Part shown: positions 10,289-19,880 of the stretch, in pieces
Position numbering within the stretch: the first letter of the stretch is position 1
How the letters are laid out: each line of letters starts with the position of its first letter
DNA from: a virus
Taxonomy: Duplodnaviria > Caudoviricetes
DNA: 64,000 bases
IMG/VR virus record: IMGVR_UViG_3300027983_001732
Coordinates: 1,035 to 65,034 of that record
Strand: one strand, 5' to 3'
Translations under genes and position numbers: made by a program
The notes under the pieces: generated by a model
Databases searched by the model: none
What the model saw: only the letters and a program-made list of their open reading frames with translations
What the model was told of the DNA's origin: nothing

Positions 10289-10732
10289 TCAGAACAAATC
10301 TACAGTTCCGGGGTGTAATAAATGAAAATCAAAACCTTCATAACTTGTTGGGCTAGTCTTCTTTCCCGGAGACAAACGCTTTTCTTCTAAGGATTTTACA
10401 GCCCAACAATAAACTTTCCTATTGTGTCTAAAAAAATCAATATATGCCAAATTTTTTTTTCCCATAAAAAATTGCCCAACTTTACACACAATATTAAATG
10501 GAATAAACGGAACTTGTGGAGATTGTATTTGTAAAGTTTCTAAACAATACTGCTCATAATCAGCTTTACTGTAACAAACAATCAATTCATAACCATCAAC
10601 CATAATAATTCTTTGCTTAAAACACAAAATTTTCTGTTCTTCTTCAAAAGAAACTTTTGGAAATGTATAAGGAATTAAATGATCGGCCATCGCCTTCATA
10701 GAATCCACAGAATGTGTAATATCATCGTTCAT
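10289..10732 (-). CDS. Hypothetical protein
   Basis: 147 aa ORF. Confidence 0.55.
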   Translation of the reverse strand: MNDDITHSVDSMKAMADHLIPYTFPKVSFEEEQKILCFKQRIIMVDGYELIVCYSKADYEQYCLETLQIQSPQVPFIPFNIVCKVGQFFMGKKNLAYIDFFRHNRKVYCWAVKSLEEKRLSPGKKTSPTSYEGFDFHLLHPGTVDLF

Positions 10733-10849
10733 TATGGGTATGTACCAGTTGTCAATAAATTTACATAAATCTATGCAAATGCCAACAAAAAAAGGGTTTC
10801 AAGTGAAAAATGTTCCAAAAATTAGGTTTTTCTGAACGGCTTGTACCCA

Positions 10850-11875
10850 TCATGCGATCCACTTCTGTCCATAAAGATTGTCTTCAACATCATTGATCCT
10901 TGATAAATTTGAATCTATCTCTAAAAACTGCTTTCGACAAACAGAGCGGCCAGATTTAGACCATATTGCAGAATTTGCCGCATCCACTCCATTTCTTCTA
11001 ATTCTGTCCATAAACCACTGTCGAACCTGCTGCATTCCCGGAGACAACGGCTTGTCAAATTTCAGCAAACTATAAACTTCTTGGAAATCCAACCAAGCTA
11101 ATCCTGAATGTTGATTGCCGTAACTATATGGTCTTGGAAGTCTTTTGTATTTGGTAACTTCAACAAAATGAATCAATAACCTGATCCAATTCTTTACAAA
11201 ATATGGATCAAGACAAGCAGTATTCTCAGCAATTCTAAATTCTATTGTTTGACGACGATCATTCCCAGCAGAAAATCCGCCACCACGGATAAAATGAAAT
11301 GTGTTGATAGAACCATATTTTGATTGAGAAATACGAGTTACAAGCTCCATTGGTCGCATATCAAATTCTGTGCCAAACCAATCTGTCATGCTTATGCACT
11401 GACAATAACGATTCATCTTCCTTTGAGATGGAACAGAATCAAAAAATACATGTTCGCATTTAATATAATAGGCAATTACAGATGCCATCTGTTGTAAGTC
11501 TAAATCATTTACACTAACATGCACATGTAAAGAACAAAGATGATTAGCTTTTATTTTTGGGTCTTTAGAAAGTTCATCTACAACACGTATTAGATTATTT
11601 AGACCATACCACCCTTTTAACACAGGCGTGTTAATCTCAAAACCGCAACTCATATCATGTTTAATGATCCAGTTATTATTGTTGTGAACAAAATCCCATG
11701 GGGCTATTTCAACTTTTCCCTTAGATATTTTCTTTACAATGCAAGCCACATAGTCTGCACCGTTCGGTATTTCCCCAGCATCTGGATCTGGTCTTTTAAT
11801 AAGACCATCCAAAGTATTGAGTTCAATTTCTACGCCAAATCTTCTTAAAGATCGACAATCAATAGGTCTGTTCAT
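10850..11875 (-). CDS. Putative amidoligase (COOH-NH2 ligase type 2 family)
   Basis: FGVEIE, HDMSCGFEINTP, CSLHVHVS, TIEFR. Confidence 0.75.
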   Translation of the reverse strand: MNRPIDCRSLRRFGVEIELNTLDGLIKRPDPDAGEIPNGADYVACIVKKISKGKVEIAPWDFVHNNNNWIIKHDMSCGFEINTPVLKGWYGLNNLIRVVDELSKDPKIKANHLCSLHVHVSVNDLDLQQMASVIAYYIKCEHVFFDSVPSQRKMNRYCQCISMTDWFGTEFDMRPMELVTRISQSKYGSINTFHFIRGGGFSAGNDRRQTIEFRIAENTACLDPYFVKNWIRLLIHFVEVTKYKRLPRPYSYGNQHSGLAWLDFQEVYSLLKFDKPLSPGMQQVRQWFMDRIRRNGVDAANSAIWSKSGRSVCRKQFLEIDSNLSRINDVEDNLYGQKWIA

Positions 11876-11883
11876 ATCTTGAT

Positions 11884-11912
11884 ATTTTAGATATAATGTA
11901 ACTATCAGTCAA
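11884..11912 (-). promoter_or_regulatory. Sigma70-like promoter for the amidoligase gene
   Basis: TTGACT-N17-TAAAAT. Confidence 0.5.
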
Positions 11913-11931
11913 TCCATGTCAAGGGAGAATT

Positions 11932-12408
11932 ATGAATAACTGTTTGCTTGTAAAAACCCCGGACAAGAGGAAGTTTCTTGTCAATGAAAAAAATATGCCG
12001 TCTATTATTGAATTTGTAAAAACGTTCCATGCAGAAGTGTATCAAGTGGAAGTATTAAAAGGCGAAATCATAAACCATCTAAAAAATCTCGCCGGTGCAA
12101 TATGTAACCTTGATTACAACACAGAAATGGATATCAAGATTATTGAGAAGATTTATCCAAAAAGCCGCCCAAGAAGCTCTATTTTGAATAATGCCAAAAA
12201 AATTAGAGAGTATATTTACGAAAAATTGTCAGAAGGAAATCCGGTATCGTTGAAAGACCTTAAGAAAAAATACAAAAATTGTGAAATTACCGACGCTTGT
12301 CTGTGTAATCACTTATCTGCCGTTAGAAAACAAATGGTAAGAAGCGGAAAACAAGTCAAGAAAATCGGTCAGGGGAATTATTGCTTGGTGGAGGCGAAGC
12401 TTTCTTGA
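11932..12408 (+). CDS. Hypothetical protein, possible C-terminal winged helix
   Basis: 158 aa basic ORF, GGGAG RBS. Confidence 0.55.
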   Translation: MNNCLLVKTPDKRKFLVNEKNMPSIIEFVKTFHAEVYQVEVLKGEIINHLKNLAGAICNLDYNTEMDIKIIEKIYPKSRPRSSILNNAKKIREYIYEKLSEGNPVSLKDLKKKYKNCEITDACLCNHLSAVRKQMVRSGKQVKKIGQGNYCLVEAKLS

Positions 12409-12445
12409 TGAGGATGGTATCAAACTATATTTTTACTTACGAAAA

Positions 12446-12477
12446 AAGGCAGATGGTCAGTATTGACCATCTGCCTT
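12446..12477. terminator. Terminator hairpin between convergent genes
   Basis: 14-bp perfect stem AAGGCAGATGGTCA/TGACCATCTGCCTT, A-tract on left. Confidence 0.75.
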
Positions 12478-12496
12478 ACTATCGTAGAAAAGTATT

Positions 12497-13750
12497 TTAA
12501 TCTTCGCTTTCTTCGCTTTCTTCATCGTCATATCCACCAGTTTCAAATGGATTTCCATCAGCGTCGAATTGTACGTTCTTTTCTCCGTACTCTCCACTCT
12601 CAGTAGCCATTAATCCTCCGCCCCATCTATCAAGATACTCTTGAACTTCAGCTTCTGTTTCTGCGTCAATTAACTTTGGGCAATCAAGCAGAACTTGGAT
12701 AGGAACTCTATTATCTGACTTCTTTGCTTTAAACTTATATTCAGCCAGTCCTTCTGGCAAATAATTTTCTGCAACTGAATAGGTGCCTTTGCCTGTAATT
12801 CTCTCATCAGAAATTAAACAGTTAAGCAAACCACTCAATGGATCTACTCCATCATCGAAATACAACTTAATATCATCAGCTACAATGAATGGACGGCAAG
12901 AACGATTCTTTACATTTTTTACCTGCATGTTGATGCCAGAAAATTTCTCCAAGTTCTTGTGTTCAATCTTTTTCTTAGCTGATGTTCTCATTCTTAGAGA
13001 AGCATAAAACTTCACTGCATTTCCACCCGGCGTTGTTTCTGGGTTTCCGTACATAACGCCAATCTTATCACGAGTCTGATTAATGAGGTAAACTGTTACG
13101 TCGTTTTCAACAACCATTGCTTGTAATTTACGCATCTCTGCTGAAATTACTTTAGCTCTTTCTCCCGGCTGTTCTTGACGTCCTACAATCGTCTTCCATT
13201 GAGCAGGATTATAATCCATCGGAAGTTTATTTTCTCTCAGTTCACGTTCACAAGGCGGAACAGTTAAAGAGTCAAATACAAAAAGAATTGGTTTTCTTTC
13301 AATTCCTAATTCTTTTTCTTTATCACGAATTTCTTTCGTAGTAGTGTGAATCTGTCTGAATGCTCGCTCCAAAGATGATGGTGCGTAACGTATAACTCGT
13401 TTCAAATTCAGATGGCTGACTTTTTTCATGAAATCTGCATTTGTTGCATTTTCGCAATCCAAGATCACAGCCCATCCATCAATTTGTTGAACTCCAAACA
13501 AACAATTTGACGCAATAAGTGATTTTCCAGAAGCCTCTGGACCATATGCTTCTGTGATTCTGTTTCCCGGAATGCCGCCTTTAATAAACCTACCAGAGCA
13601 GGAATAATTGATCGAAAGATTTCCAGTGTCAATAAAAAATTTGATGTCTTCAAGACAATCAAGAGTGTCTCCACCAGTTTTTTCTGCAATAGCAGCATAT
13701 GCCGCATCCATGTCCACGACTGATGCGTCTGTTATTTTCTTCTTTGCCAT
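12497..13750 (-). CDS. uvsX: RecA/UvsX-like recombinase
   Basis: GPEASGKS Walker A, FVFDS, INQTRDKIGVMYGNPETTPGGNAVKFYAS; start taken at MAKKK. Confidence 0.92.
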   Translation of the reverse strand: MAKKKITDASVVDMDAAYAAIAEKTGGDTLDCLEDIKFFIDTGNLSINYSCSGRFIKGGIPGNRITEAYGPEASGKSLIASNCLFGVQQIDGWAVILDCENATNADFMKKVSHLNLKRVIRYAPSSLERAFRQIHTTTKEIRDKEKELGIERKPILFVFDSLTVPPCERELRENKLPMDYNPAQWKTIVGRQEQPGERAKVISAEMRKLQAMVVENDVTVYLINQTRDKIGVMYGNPETTPGGNAVKFYASLRMRTSAKKKIEHKNLEKFSGINMQVKNVKNRSCRPFIVADDIKLYFDDGVDPLSGLLNCLISDERITGKGTYSVAENYLPEGLAEYKFKAKKSDNRVPIQVLLDCPKLIDAETEAEVQEYLDRWGGGLMATESGEYGEKNVQFDADGNPFETGGYDDEESEESED

Positions 13751-13795
13751 AATAATAATAATATCCCTCTTAAAACAAGCTTTTAGTAAAAAAAT

Positions 13796-13822
13796 GAGGA
13801 GCGGACTACTCATCCGCTCCTC
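13796..13822 (-). terminator. Hairpin downstream of SSB gene
   Basis: GAGGAGCGGA/TCCGCTCCTC stem followed by T-tract on minus strand. Confidence 0.6.
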
Positions 13823-13834
13823 TTTAGAAAAGGT

Positions 13835-14839
13835 TTACTTTTCCATATCTTCAAGAGCACTTAAGAAATCCTCATCTTCGATGGGAATATCTTCGCTCTT
13901 TGTCGAGACGCTTGTTTCAGAGGCGACTGTTTCAGAGGCTGGAACTCCAGCAGGAACGGACACACCGCCCGGCTTGTGATCCATCAATTCTTGCACTTCT
14001 TCAGCAGCCTTCTTGCCCCACTTGGCATCAAAACTGTTAGTATCGAACTTCTCGAAATCATCAGGAATCAATCCACGATGGATCGCTAGTTCTTTTTCCA
14101 AAACTTCAAGATCACGAGGATTGCGAAGTTTTGTCAAGTCGTGAAGTGCTTCTGCCCACTTCTTAACTTCTTCTGGATTTCCAGCAGGAGAAGTGCTGCG
14201 AGCGAAACCAGACCGATCATACTTCGGAAAACCGTCTCCACTGGTGACTTCCTTTCGAATGATGAAGTCATAACCAGACTTGAGGTCTGTGAAGTTGCCC
14301 AGCTTAGAATCTGGATCACCTTCTTCTCCAACAATGGCACGAATAAGTTGCTTATGCAACAACTTGCCTACGCTAAGAATTCGTGGCCCGACGTTCGTCA
14401 GGATTGCTCCCCCATCACCCGGCATTGAACGGACGATTGCGTTGTAATAGTAACGCTCAACTGGCTTAATGTTACGAGCCTCTTCTTTTAGCTTATTGGC
14501 TTCATTAACATGACCAGCTTTCTCCAACTTGTCCGCTTGTGCCCACAGACCACTGTAATAATCACAAACAGGACAGGCAATGGATCGTTCCCATTTTCCA
14601 TTAACGAGCGGACGAGGGCAATGAATGCTGCGACCGTTCATTTTATGGGTTCTGTTATACTGATAAAGCTTCCCAGAACGCACTGGGGGCAAAATTCGTA
14701 TACAAAGAGTGCCTGTTTGTCCGGGCTTTACATCCGGCATTGGGACGAACTGGTCAAGAAAATTCGCTTGACCAGATTCACTGAGACGAGCGTCTTCGCC
14801 CATCATTTCTTCGAGATCGAGTGTTCCAAAATCTGACAT
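13835..14839 (-). CDS. gp32-like single-stranded DNA-binding protein
   Basis: IRILPP, CPVC, RYYYN, GYDFII, FPKYDRS, acidic C-terminus; adjacent to uvsX. Confidence 0.8.
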   Translation of the reverse strand: MSDFGTLDLEEMMGEDARLSESGQANFLDQFVPMPDVKPGQTGTLCIRILPPVRSGKLYQYNRTHKMNGRSIHCPRPLVNGKWERSIACPVCDYYSGLWAQADKLEKAGHVNEANKLKEEARNIKPVERYYYNAIVRSMPGDGGAILTNVGPRILSVGKLLHKQLIRAIVGEEGDPDSKLGNFTDLKSGYDFIIRKEVTSGDGFPKYDRSGFARSTSPAGNPEEVKKWAEALHDLTKLRNPRDLEVLEKELAIHRGLIPDDFEKFDTNSFDAKWGKKAAEEVQELMDHKPGGVSVPAGVPASETVASETSVSTKSEDIPIEDEDFLSALEDMEK

Positions 14840-14894
14840 GGTTTTTACTCCGTAAATAGAAAAGTATCTGTAACAATGTGTTTCAGATGTTTAT

Positions 14895-14923
14895 GTTATA
14901 GTTCTTTTCGCAAAACGGGTCAA
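14895..14923 (-). promoter_or_regulatory. Sigma70-like promoter for the SSB-uvsX genes
   Basis: TTGACC-N17-TATAAC. Confidence 0.6.
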
Positions 14924-14939
14924 TGGACTTTAGCATTGT

Positions 14940-15434
14940 TTAAGAAATTTCTGTAGATTCATTCGAAGGAGCTTTTATTACAGAAATTTCTGCCGTGTCT
15001 TTCATCGGTTTGTTTACAGAAAAACTCGCACCAGAAGATCCGCCGACACCCATATCTGATTCATAAAATTCACGAGCAGCATTCATTTTTTCTTCCAAAG
15101 TGTAGTATCCTTCAGATTCAAGCCTCTCATTGATCTTCTCTTTTTGTGTTATCTCTCGATTGTGTTCTTCTTCTAGTGCTTTAAGAATCGCAATATTCTT
15201 TTCAAGCTGACTCAAAGTATTGTCACTTGCTTCAAACATTTCACGATCTGTCATCACTTGATCAAACTGTTCCAAATCACGCTGAAGTTTTTTAACTCTC
15301 TTCTGGCGAAGAATCTCTTCTTTTTCTTTGCGAATTGGAGCACGTATTGCTTCTCGTCTTACGAGAATTTTCTTGCGTGTGTCTCTTTCACGAGACACAC
15401 GCTTCTGCAACTTTTTTTGTTGTTTAGATGTCAT
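14940..15434 (-). CDS. Hypothetical coiled-coil protein
   Basis: 164 aa ORF. Confidence 0.6.
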   Translation of the reverse strand: MTSKQQKKLQKRVSRERDTRKKILVRREAIRAPIRKEKEEILRQKRVKKLQRDLEQFDQVMTDREMFEASDNTLSQLEKNIAILKALEEEHNREITQKEKINERLESEGYYTLEEKMNAAREFYESDMGVGGSSGASFSVNKPMKDTAEISVIKAPSNESTEIS

Positions 15435-15446
15435 AATATTTCTTTC

Positions 15447-16385
15447 TTATCTTCTGTTAGGCCGCAAATCCGGCACTTGAAATAATTCTTCCGGTATGGT
15501 TCCATCATCTAACGGGACTCCAGCAGGAATATCCGTTTGATTAAGCCTCCGAACCTGCTTATAAGGCTGCGGCTGCCTTTCTTCTTGATGATTGCCAATT
15601 GTGAGTTCGTTTTCGTGCATAAGCTTTGGTCTTGAATCTCTTCTTCCGTTTGATCCTGAAAACCCCAATTGCTCATCTGCAATTAACCCCCTCCCAGCTA
15701 CAGTAAAGTATTTCTCATCAAGAATCATTACCTTGCCCTCATCATCAGTCAAAGCAATTTCTTGAGCATCTAACCTTATATCGCCAGTGGCAGTCTTCTT
15801 AGGAATTACAGCATGAACAGAATATTTCTTGTCTTCTGTAAATCTCAACTTGTTCTTTCTAGCTTCATTCGTCCATTGAAGCGGCTCAAAATACACATAA
15901 TAAATCACTTTGTTTTGATTAACCTGCGGTCTTGGATTTTGTTTTACTGGAACCCTACTGTTCCCGTCATATAGATTTGACATATCTGTAGAAGTTTTTT
16001 GTCTTTGCATCGCAGCGATTTCATGAGGTTGCATTCCGGGAGGAACAATCATTCCTTGAATTTGTGGCTGAATTTCTTCAATCAAATCTTCAGCCAACGC
16101 TTCAGCAGTGCTTCCCAAATTGTATTTTCTGTTCTTTAAGATTATCCCACGTCCATCAGCCGCCTCTTTAAAATTTATCTCGCTCTTGATGAGTTCATAA
16201 ACTTTAACATCCACAACCCAAACATCTCGACGAGCTAATTGAGCCATGATGGCAGCAGCACACTTCTCTAACGGCATATCGTCGAATGCTTTTCCGACTT
16301 TAACAGTCTTGTCTTCTTTGACATCTGTGTTATAGCCACCATCTTCTTTGCGTGGATGGAAAATATAATTGATTTCGTATCCCAT
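15447..16385 (-). CDS. Hypothetical protein
   Basis: 312 aa ORF, AGGAG RBS. Confidence 0.7.
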   Translation of the reverse strand: MGYEINYIFHPRKEDGGYNTDVKEDKTVKVGKAFDDMPLEKCAAAIMAQLARRDVWVVDVKVYELIKSEINFKEAADGRGIILKNRKYNLGSTAEALAEDLIEEIQPQIQGMIVPPGMQPHEIAAMQRQKTSTDMSNLYDGNSRVPVKQNPRPQVNQNKVIYYVYFEPLQWTNEARKNKLRFTEDKKYSVHAVIPKKTATGDIRLDAQEIALTDDEGKVMILDEKYFTVAGRGLIADEQLGFSGSNGRRDSRPKLMHENELTIGNHQEERQPQPYKQVRRLNQTDIPAGVPLDDGTIPEELFQVPDLRPNRR

Positions 16386-16401
16386 TTTTTCTCCTGTTAC
16401 C

Positions 16402-17019
16402 TTATTTCTGGATAATGCCTACACCATAACGAGTGTTAAAAATTATTGGTTCACGGTTTTTTACCCTGCAAAACTCGTGAAAAACATCATGTTCTGTTAT
16501 ATAGTCTGCGACTAATAATCCTTCTGGAACCAAAAATTTCCACAAGAAATTCAGATGTTTCAGATATTTTTCTTCTCCAAAGTTTTCTGTAAGAAACCCA
16601 AGATCGAATCCAGAAAATTTCTTTGCATTAGGAATCTCAGTTTCCAATATATCATCCGTAAATGATATACAAGAAATAGGACCGGGCATAATATCATTAA
16701 AATATTTCGTGTTTAACTTCAAATTGGCTGTAATTATTTGAACAGTAAATGTTTTGTCGTTGTTCATCGCCAGCCAACTTTCAACTGTCTTACAACTTTT
16801 AAGGAAACATGCTCCTACAAGTCCAAGTTTGGCTCCAATCTGATAAACATTTTTTGATTTAAGCTGTTTTCCAAGATGGTAATAAAACGGCAAGTAGTTG
16901 CCATCCTTGTAATCTCCAGCATTTCTTGAAGATTCGTCTATAAGCTTGGTCCCAGACAACAAAATATCTGGAGATATTAAGCCTAACTCAAGTTGTTTGC
17001 GAATTAATTCAGAGTCCAT
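16402..17019 (-). CDS. Degenerate class I SAM methyltransferase-like protein
   Basis: YQIGAKLG and LVPEGLLVAD motifs. Confidence 0.5.
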   Translation of the reverse strand: MDSELIRKQLELGLISPDILLSGTKLIDESSRNAGDYKDGNYLPFYYHLGKQLKSKNVYQIGAKLGLVGACFLKSCKTVESWLAMNNDKTFTVQIITANLKLNTKYFNDIMPGPISCISFTDDILETEIPNAKKFSGFDLGFLTENFGEEKYLKHLNFLWKFLVPEGLLVADYITEHDVFHEFCRVKNREPIIFNTRYGVGIIQK

Positions 17020-17027
17020 AAACAAAA

Positions 17028-17061
17028 AGAGTGTGACAGAAGTTTTCTTCTGTCACACTCT
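17028..17061 (-). terminator. Strong intrinsic terminator downstream of a solitary repeat
   Basis: 15-bp perfect stem AGAGTGTGACAGAAG/CTTCTGTCACACTCT followed by T-tract on minus strand. Confidence 0.75.
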
Positions 17062-17086
17062 CAGTTAGATGAAGGCACTTTCGAGA

Positions 17087-17122
17087 GTGCCTTGATACTA
17101 TCGTTACGAATAGCATAGGCAC
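17087..17122 (-). repeat. Solitary variant of the array repeat (family A)
   Basis: Minus strand GTGCCTATGCTATTCGTAACGATAGTATCAAGGCAC, 29/36 identical to the array repeat. Confidence 0.8.
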
Positions 17123-17265
17123 AAGTAATGACATCATGTCTAGCCGCAGTTGTGTCTAATTCTTGTCAATCAGACACATAACCCCCATCTTTCATACTAT
17201 AGTGACAACTATTCATATTATGTTTTAGTATTGAAATTTTCGACAAATTTTATTATACATAAGAT

Positions 17266-18054
17266 ATGGGAAATTTTAAAAAATTCATAGAATCAACTGG
17301 AATAGTCAGACACGATTTCAGCCATTTATCAAAAGATGAAAGATTAAAACAAGGAAAAGATATTGGAGAGAAATTTATTAAAGATGAACTTCTCAATCAC
17401 GGAATCAAAATCGTCACAGTCGATAACATGATGTCACTTGACACTAAGTTGAAAATTGACGGATACCTCAACGGAAATCCCAGCGAACCAGTTCAAATTA
17501 AATTGAGAAAAACTGGTCGAGGTAGTGATGATATAGCATATGAACTAATTCTTGGCTTTGATCCAAAACTGCCAGTTGCAGATCAATTAAACAATCCAAG
17601 AACACAAGGTCGTGATTACAAAGGACAATCTGTAAAACATTATTTTGTTATGAATCAAGATGAAACCCAAATATATCACATTCCAGCAGATATGCTAAAA
17701 ACAACAGCACTTGACGCTATAAAGCAAACTAGCGGAATAATCGACAGAGCGTTCAGAACGAAAAATGGTGTTGAAATAAGACCAACTACCGATAATAGTT
17801 CTGGCGTCTCAAAATTGATGGTTTTTATACCAGCAGAACGAGTCGCAAAAGAAGCATACACAGTGGGTCAAGGAAAAATCCAACCTACATTCGGTGCCAA
17901 CTCTGGACCTCACACATCAATGTCAAAGAAAGATTTCAATATAGCTGCCGCAGAAGAACGATTAAAGAATCTTCAAGCAAAACAAAAATTAGCTAATGAT
18001 TTTCGTAAACAAAAGCAGGCAACTCCTGCTCAAACTGATGTTGATATTTCATAA
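17266..18054 (+). CDS. Hypothetical protein, possible PD-(D/E)xK fold, with capsid-targeting-like N-terminus
   Basis: MGNFKKFIE start; KIDG...VQIK motif. Confidence 0.55.
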   Translation: MGNFKKFIESTGIVRHDFSHLSKDERLKQGKDIGEKFIKDELLNHGIKIVTVDNMMSLDTKLKIDGYLNGNPSEPVQIKLRKTGRGSDDIAYELILGFDPKLPVADQLNNPRTQGRDYKGQSVKHYFVMNQDETQIYHIPADMLKTTALDAIKQTSGIIDRAFRTKNGVEIRPTTDNSSGVSKLMVFIPAERVAKEAYTVGQGKIQPTFGANSGPHTSMSKKDFNIAAAEERLKNLQAKQKLANDFRKQKQATPAQTDVDIS

Positions 18055-18464
18055 TGCGTGTTCAAAATAGTTCGATAAACAGACATGTTCGGCACCTTTC
18101 TTTCGAACCAATAATTATCTTCTCCACGACCATGATAAATATTCTCAATTGCAGCAGCAACGGCTGGAGATCGTGACATGCCTGCATGACAATGAACTAA
18201 GAAACATTCTACCTGCGGCCACATCTCTTTGACAAAATCCAAAATTTGCTTAGCCTTCTGTGCGTCAAATATCAACTCAGGAGGCGTTGTTGGTCGAGGA
18301 AAATCAATGTCTTCAAATGACATGTTTAATAGACCAACCCGATTCTCTTTAGAAAGAATCGGGTTTTCGCCTACATTGTCAACAATGCTAATGCCTGCCC
18401 ATGGCACAGAACATACAAACTTGCGAGCATCCGAAAGTGATCTTACTTCAATGGACCTTCTCAT
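18030..18464 (-). CDS. Protein tyrosine/dual-specificity phosphatase-like protein
   Basis: VHCHAGMSRS (CX5R). Confidence 0.8.
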   Translation of the reverse strand: MRRSIEVRSLSDARKFVCSVPWAGISIVDNVGENPILSKENRVGLLNMSFEDIDFPRPTTPPELIFDAQKAKQILDFVKEMWPQVECFLVHCHAGMSRSPAVAAAIENIYHGRGEDNYWFERKVPNMSVYRTILNTHYEISTSV

Positions 18465-19009
18465 TATCTAAAATTTCTTTCTAGCATGTGTTGAAAGCCT
18501 TTTGCTGATTTTGTCAATTCCGGCTTTATTGTAATTGGCTTTGTGTTTCTAACACTAGCAGACAACTCAATCGTTATTTTTGATCCACCACGATATGGTT
18601 CAACTTTGATTACTGTTTTTTGGTCTTCAATCAATCCACTATGAACTTCAATAAGTTTTGAACTGTAATTGTAAGTGTCTCCAGAATCAGAAGAGGATTC
18701 ACGCACTGTGAATTCCATCATACCTTTTTGTGTATCTTGTCTTAATCGTATATTGTCTCCATCCTTAGAAATTATTTCTCCGCCAGTTGATCTAGCGACT
18801 TCCTTTGGATGAGCCTTTAGCCATGTTGAGACAACACTTGGTTTTTCTCTAACTTCAAATTCTTTTGCGTGCCATGATTCTCCACCAAACGATGTAGATG
18901 TCACAAAAAATACGGCTACTACTGTGATTATTCCTTTAAGCATTTTTGTACCTGTAATTTGAAAACGAAAAGAGACCATACTGTTAACACAACAAGCATA
19001 GTCTCTCAT
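18464..19009 (-). CDS. Hypothetical exported protein
   Basis: Signal-peptide-like MLKGIITVVAVFFVTSTSFG; true start may be this downstream Met. Confidence 0.55.
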   Translation of the reverse strand: MRDYACCVNSMVSFRFQITGTKMLKGIITVVAVFFVTSTSFGGESWHAKEFEVREKPSVVSTWLKAHPKEVARSTGGEIISKDGDNIRLRQDTQKGMMEFTVRESSSDSGDTYNYSSKLIEVHSGLIEDQKTVIKVEPYRGGSKITIELSASVRNTKPITIKPELTKSAKGFQHMLERNFR

Positions 19010-19049
19010 CTGGTTTTATTTGAGTTCGGCACAAGCTTTCACTCATACA

Positions 19050-19084
19050 GTGCATAAAAGCTGGGAATTCCCAGCGATTTGCAC
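19050..19084 (-). repeat. Solitary repeat-like unit, family B
   Basis: Minus strand GTGCAAATCGCTGGGAATTCCCAGCTTTTATGCAC; matches the 28788 and 41707 copies. Confidence 0.75.
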
Positions 19085-19225
19085 AAAGAATGAACAAACT
19101 TCCTCATTAGCCTTCCTCTCTGCAATCCAGCTTGAAACATCATTGAGGTTAGTCTCATAACTATTCGAATTGGCAGATGACGGACTTAAACATATCTACA
19201 CTTATGAATTACATAATTTAAGAAA

Positions 19226-19261
19226 GTGCCTTGATTCTATCCTATTGAATAGCATCAGTAC
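19226..19261 (-). repeat. Solitary near-perfect array repeat (family A) overlapping the uvsY stop codon
   Basis: 35/36 identity; TGA stop at 19255-19257 lies inside the repeat. Confidence 0.92.
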
Positions 19262-19797
19262 ATCGCAGAACGTAAGTCATCTGCGAATCCGCCTTTTTCA
19301 TCTTCACTATAAGACTTGATTGTTTCTGAAATCAAATCATCATTAACTCCGCTGTGCATGTAACCTTTGCCACCCATGATGTCACTATTGAGCTTATCCA
19401 TCATCTTGCGTTGCATGTGCCCCAAACTCTGAGCGTTGTCGTGATTCTTGTCCCAAGCACGCAAATGTTGCTTCAATCTATTGACAGCATATTTTGCATC
19501 ATTAACTTTCTCTTTAAAAGCCACAACATCTGGATCAGCCTTTGCCTTTGCTTCAGCTAACTTGTCACTGCCGCCAGACTCCTTTGCTTCAATAAATCGA
19601 TCAGCCGACAGTTTTTCATGGCGTAATTCGAAGTTCTGTAAATTCTTCTCAGCTAATGAGAGATAAGCTCCGAAATTGTCGTAGTAACCAGCTTCAGTCT
19701 GAATATATTGAGACAGATTGTTTTCATTGAAACGAAGGTTTTCTGGATCAATTTCAACAATAACTCCTGCAAACTCTAACTTCTCTTTTCTTGACAT
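19255..19797 (-). CDS. UvsY-like recombination mediator
   Basis: Helical protein with SDKLAEAKAKADPDV pattern, downstream of helicase in a UvsX/gp32 context. Confidence 0.55.
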   Translation of the reverse strand: MSRKEKLEFAGVIVEIDPENLRFNENNLSQYIQTEAGYYDNFGAYLSLAEKNLQNFELRHEKLSADRFIEAKESGGSDKLAEAKAKADPDVVAFKEKVNDAKYAVNRLKQHLRAWDKNHDNAQSLGHMQRKMMDKLNSDIMGGKGYMHSGVNDDLISETIKSYSEDEKGGFADDLRSAMY

Positions 19798-19880
19798 GAT
19801 TTACCTTTCTTTTTTGTATGTTTTATATATGCCTTAATGTAATTTTATCATTTTTTTGTCGGAAAAACAAGTACGATTCT

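Noticed and set aside
11897-11910. Resemblance of the sequence after the 30940 repeat (GACTGAGATAAGTTACA) to the amidoligase promoter (GACTGATAGTTACA)
   Set aside because: Requires gaps and is short in an AT-rich genome; likely chance.
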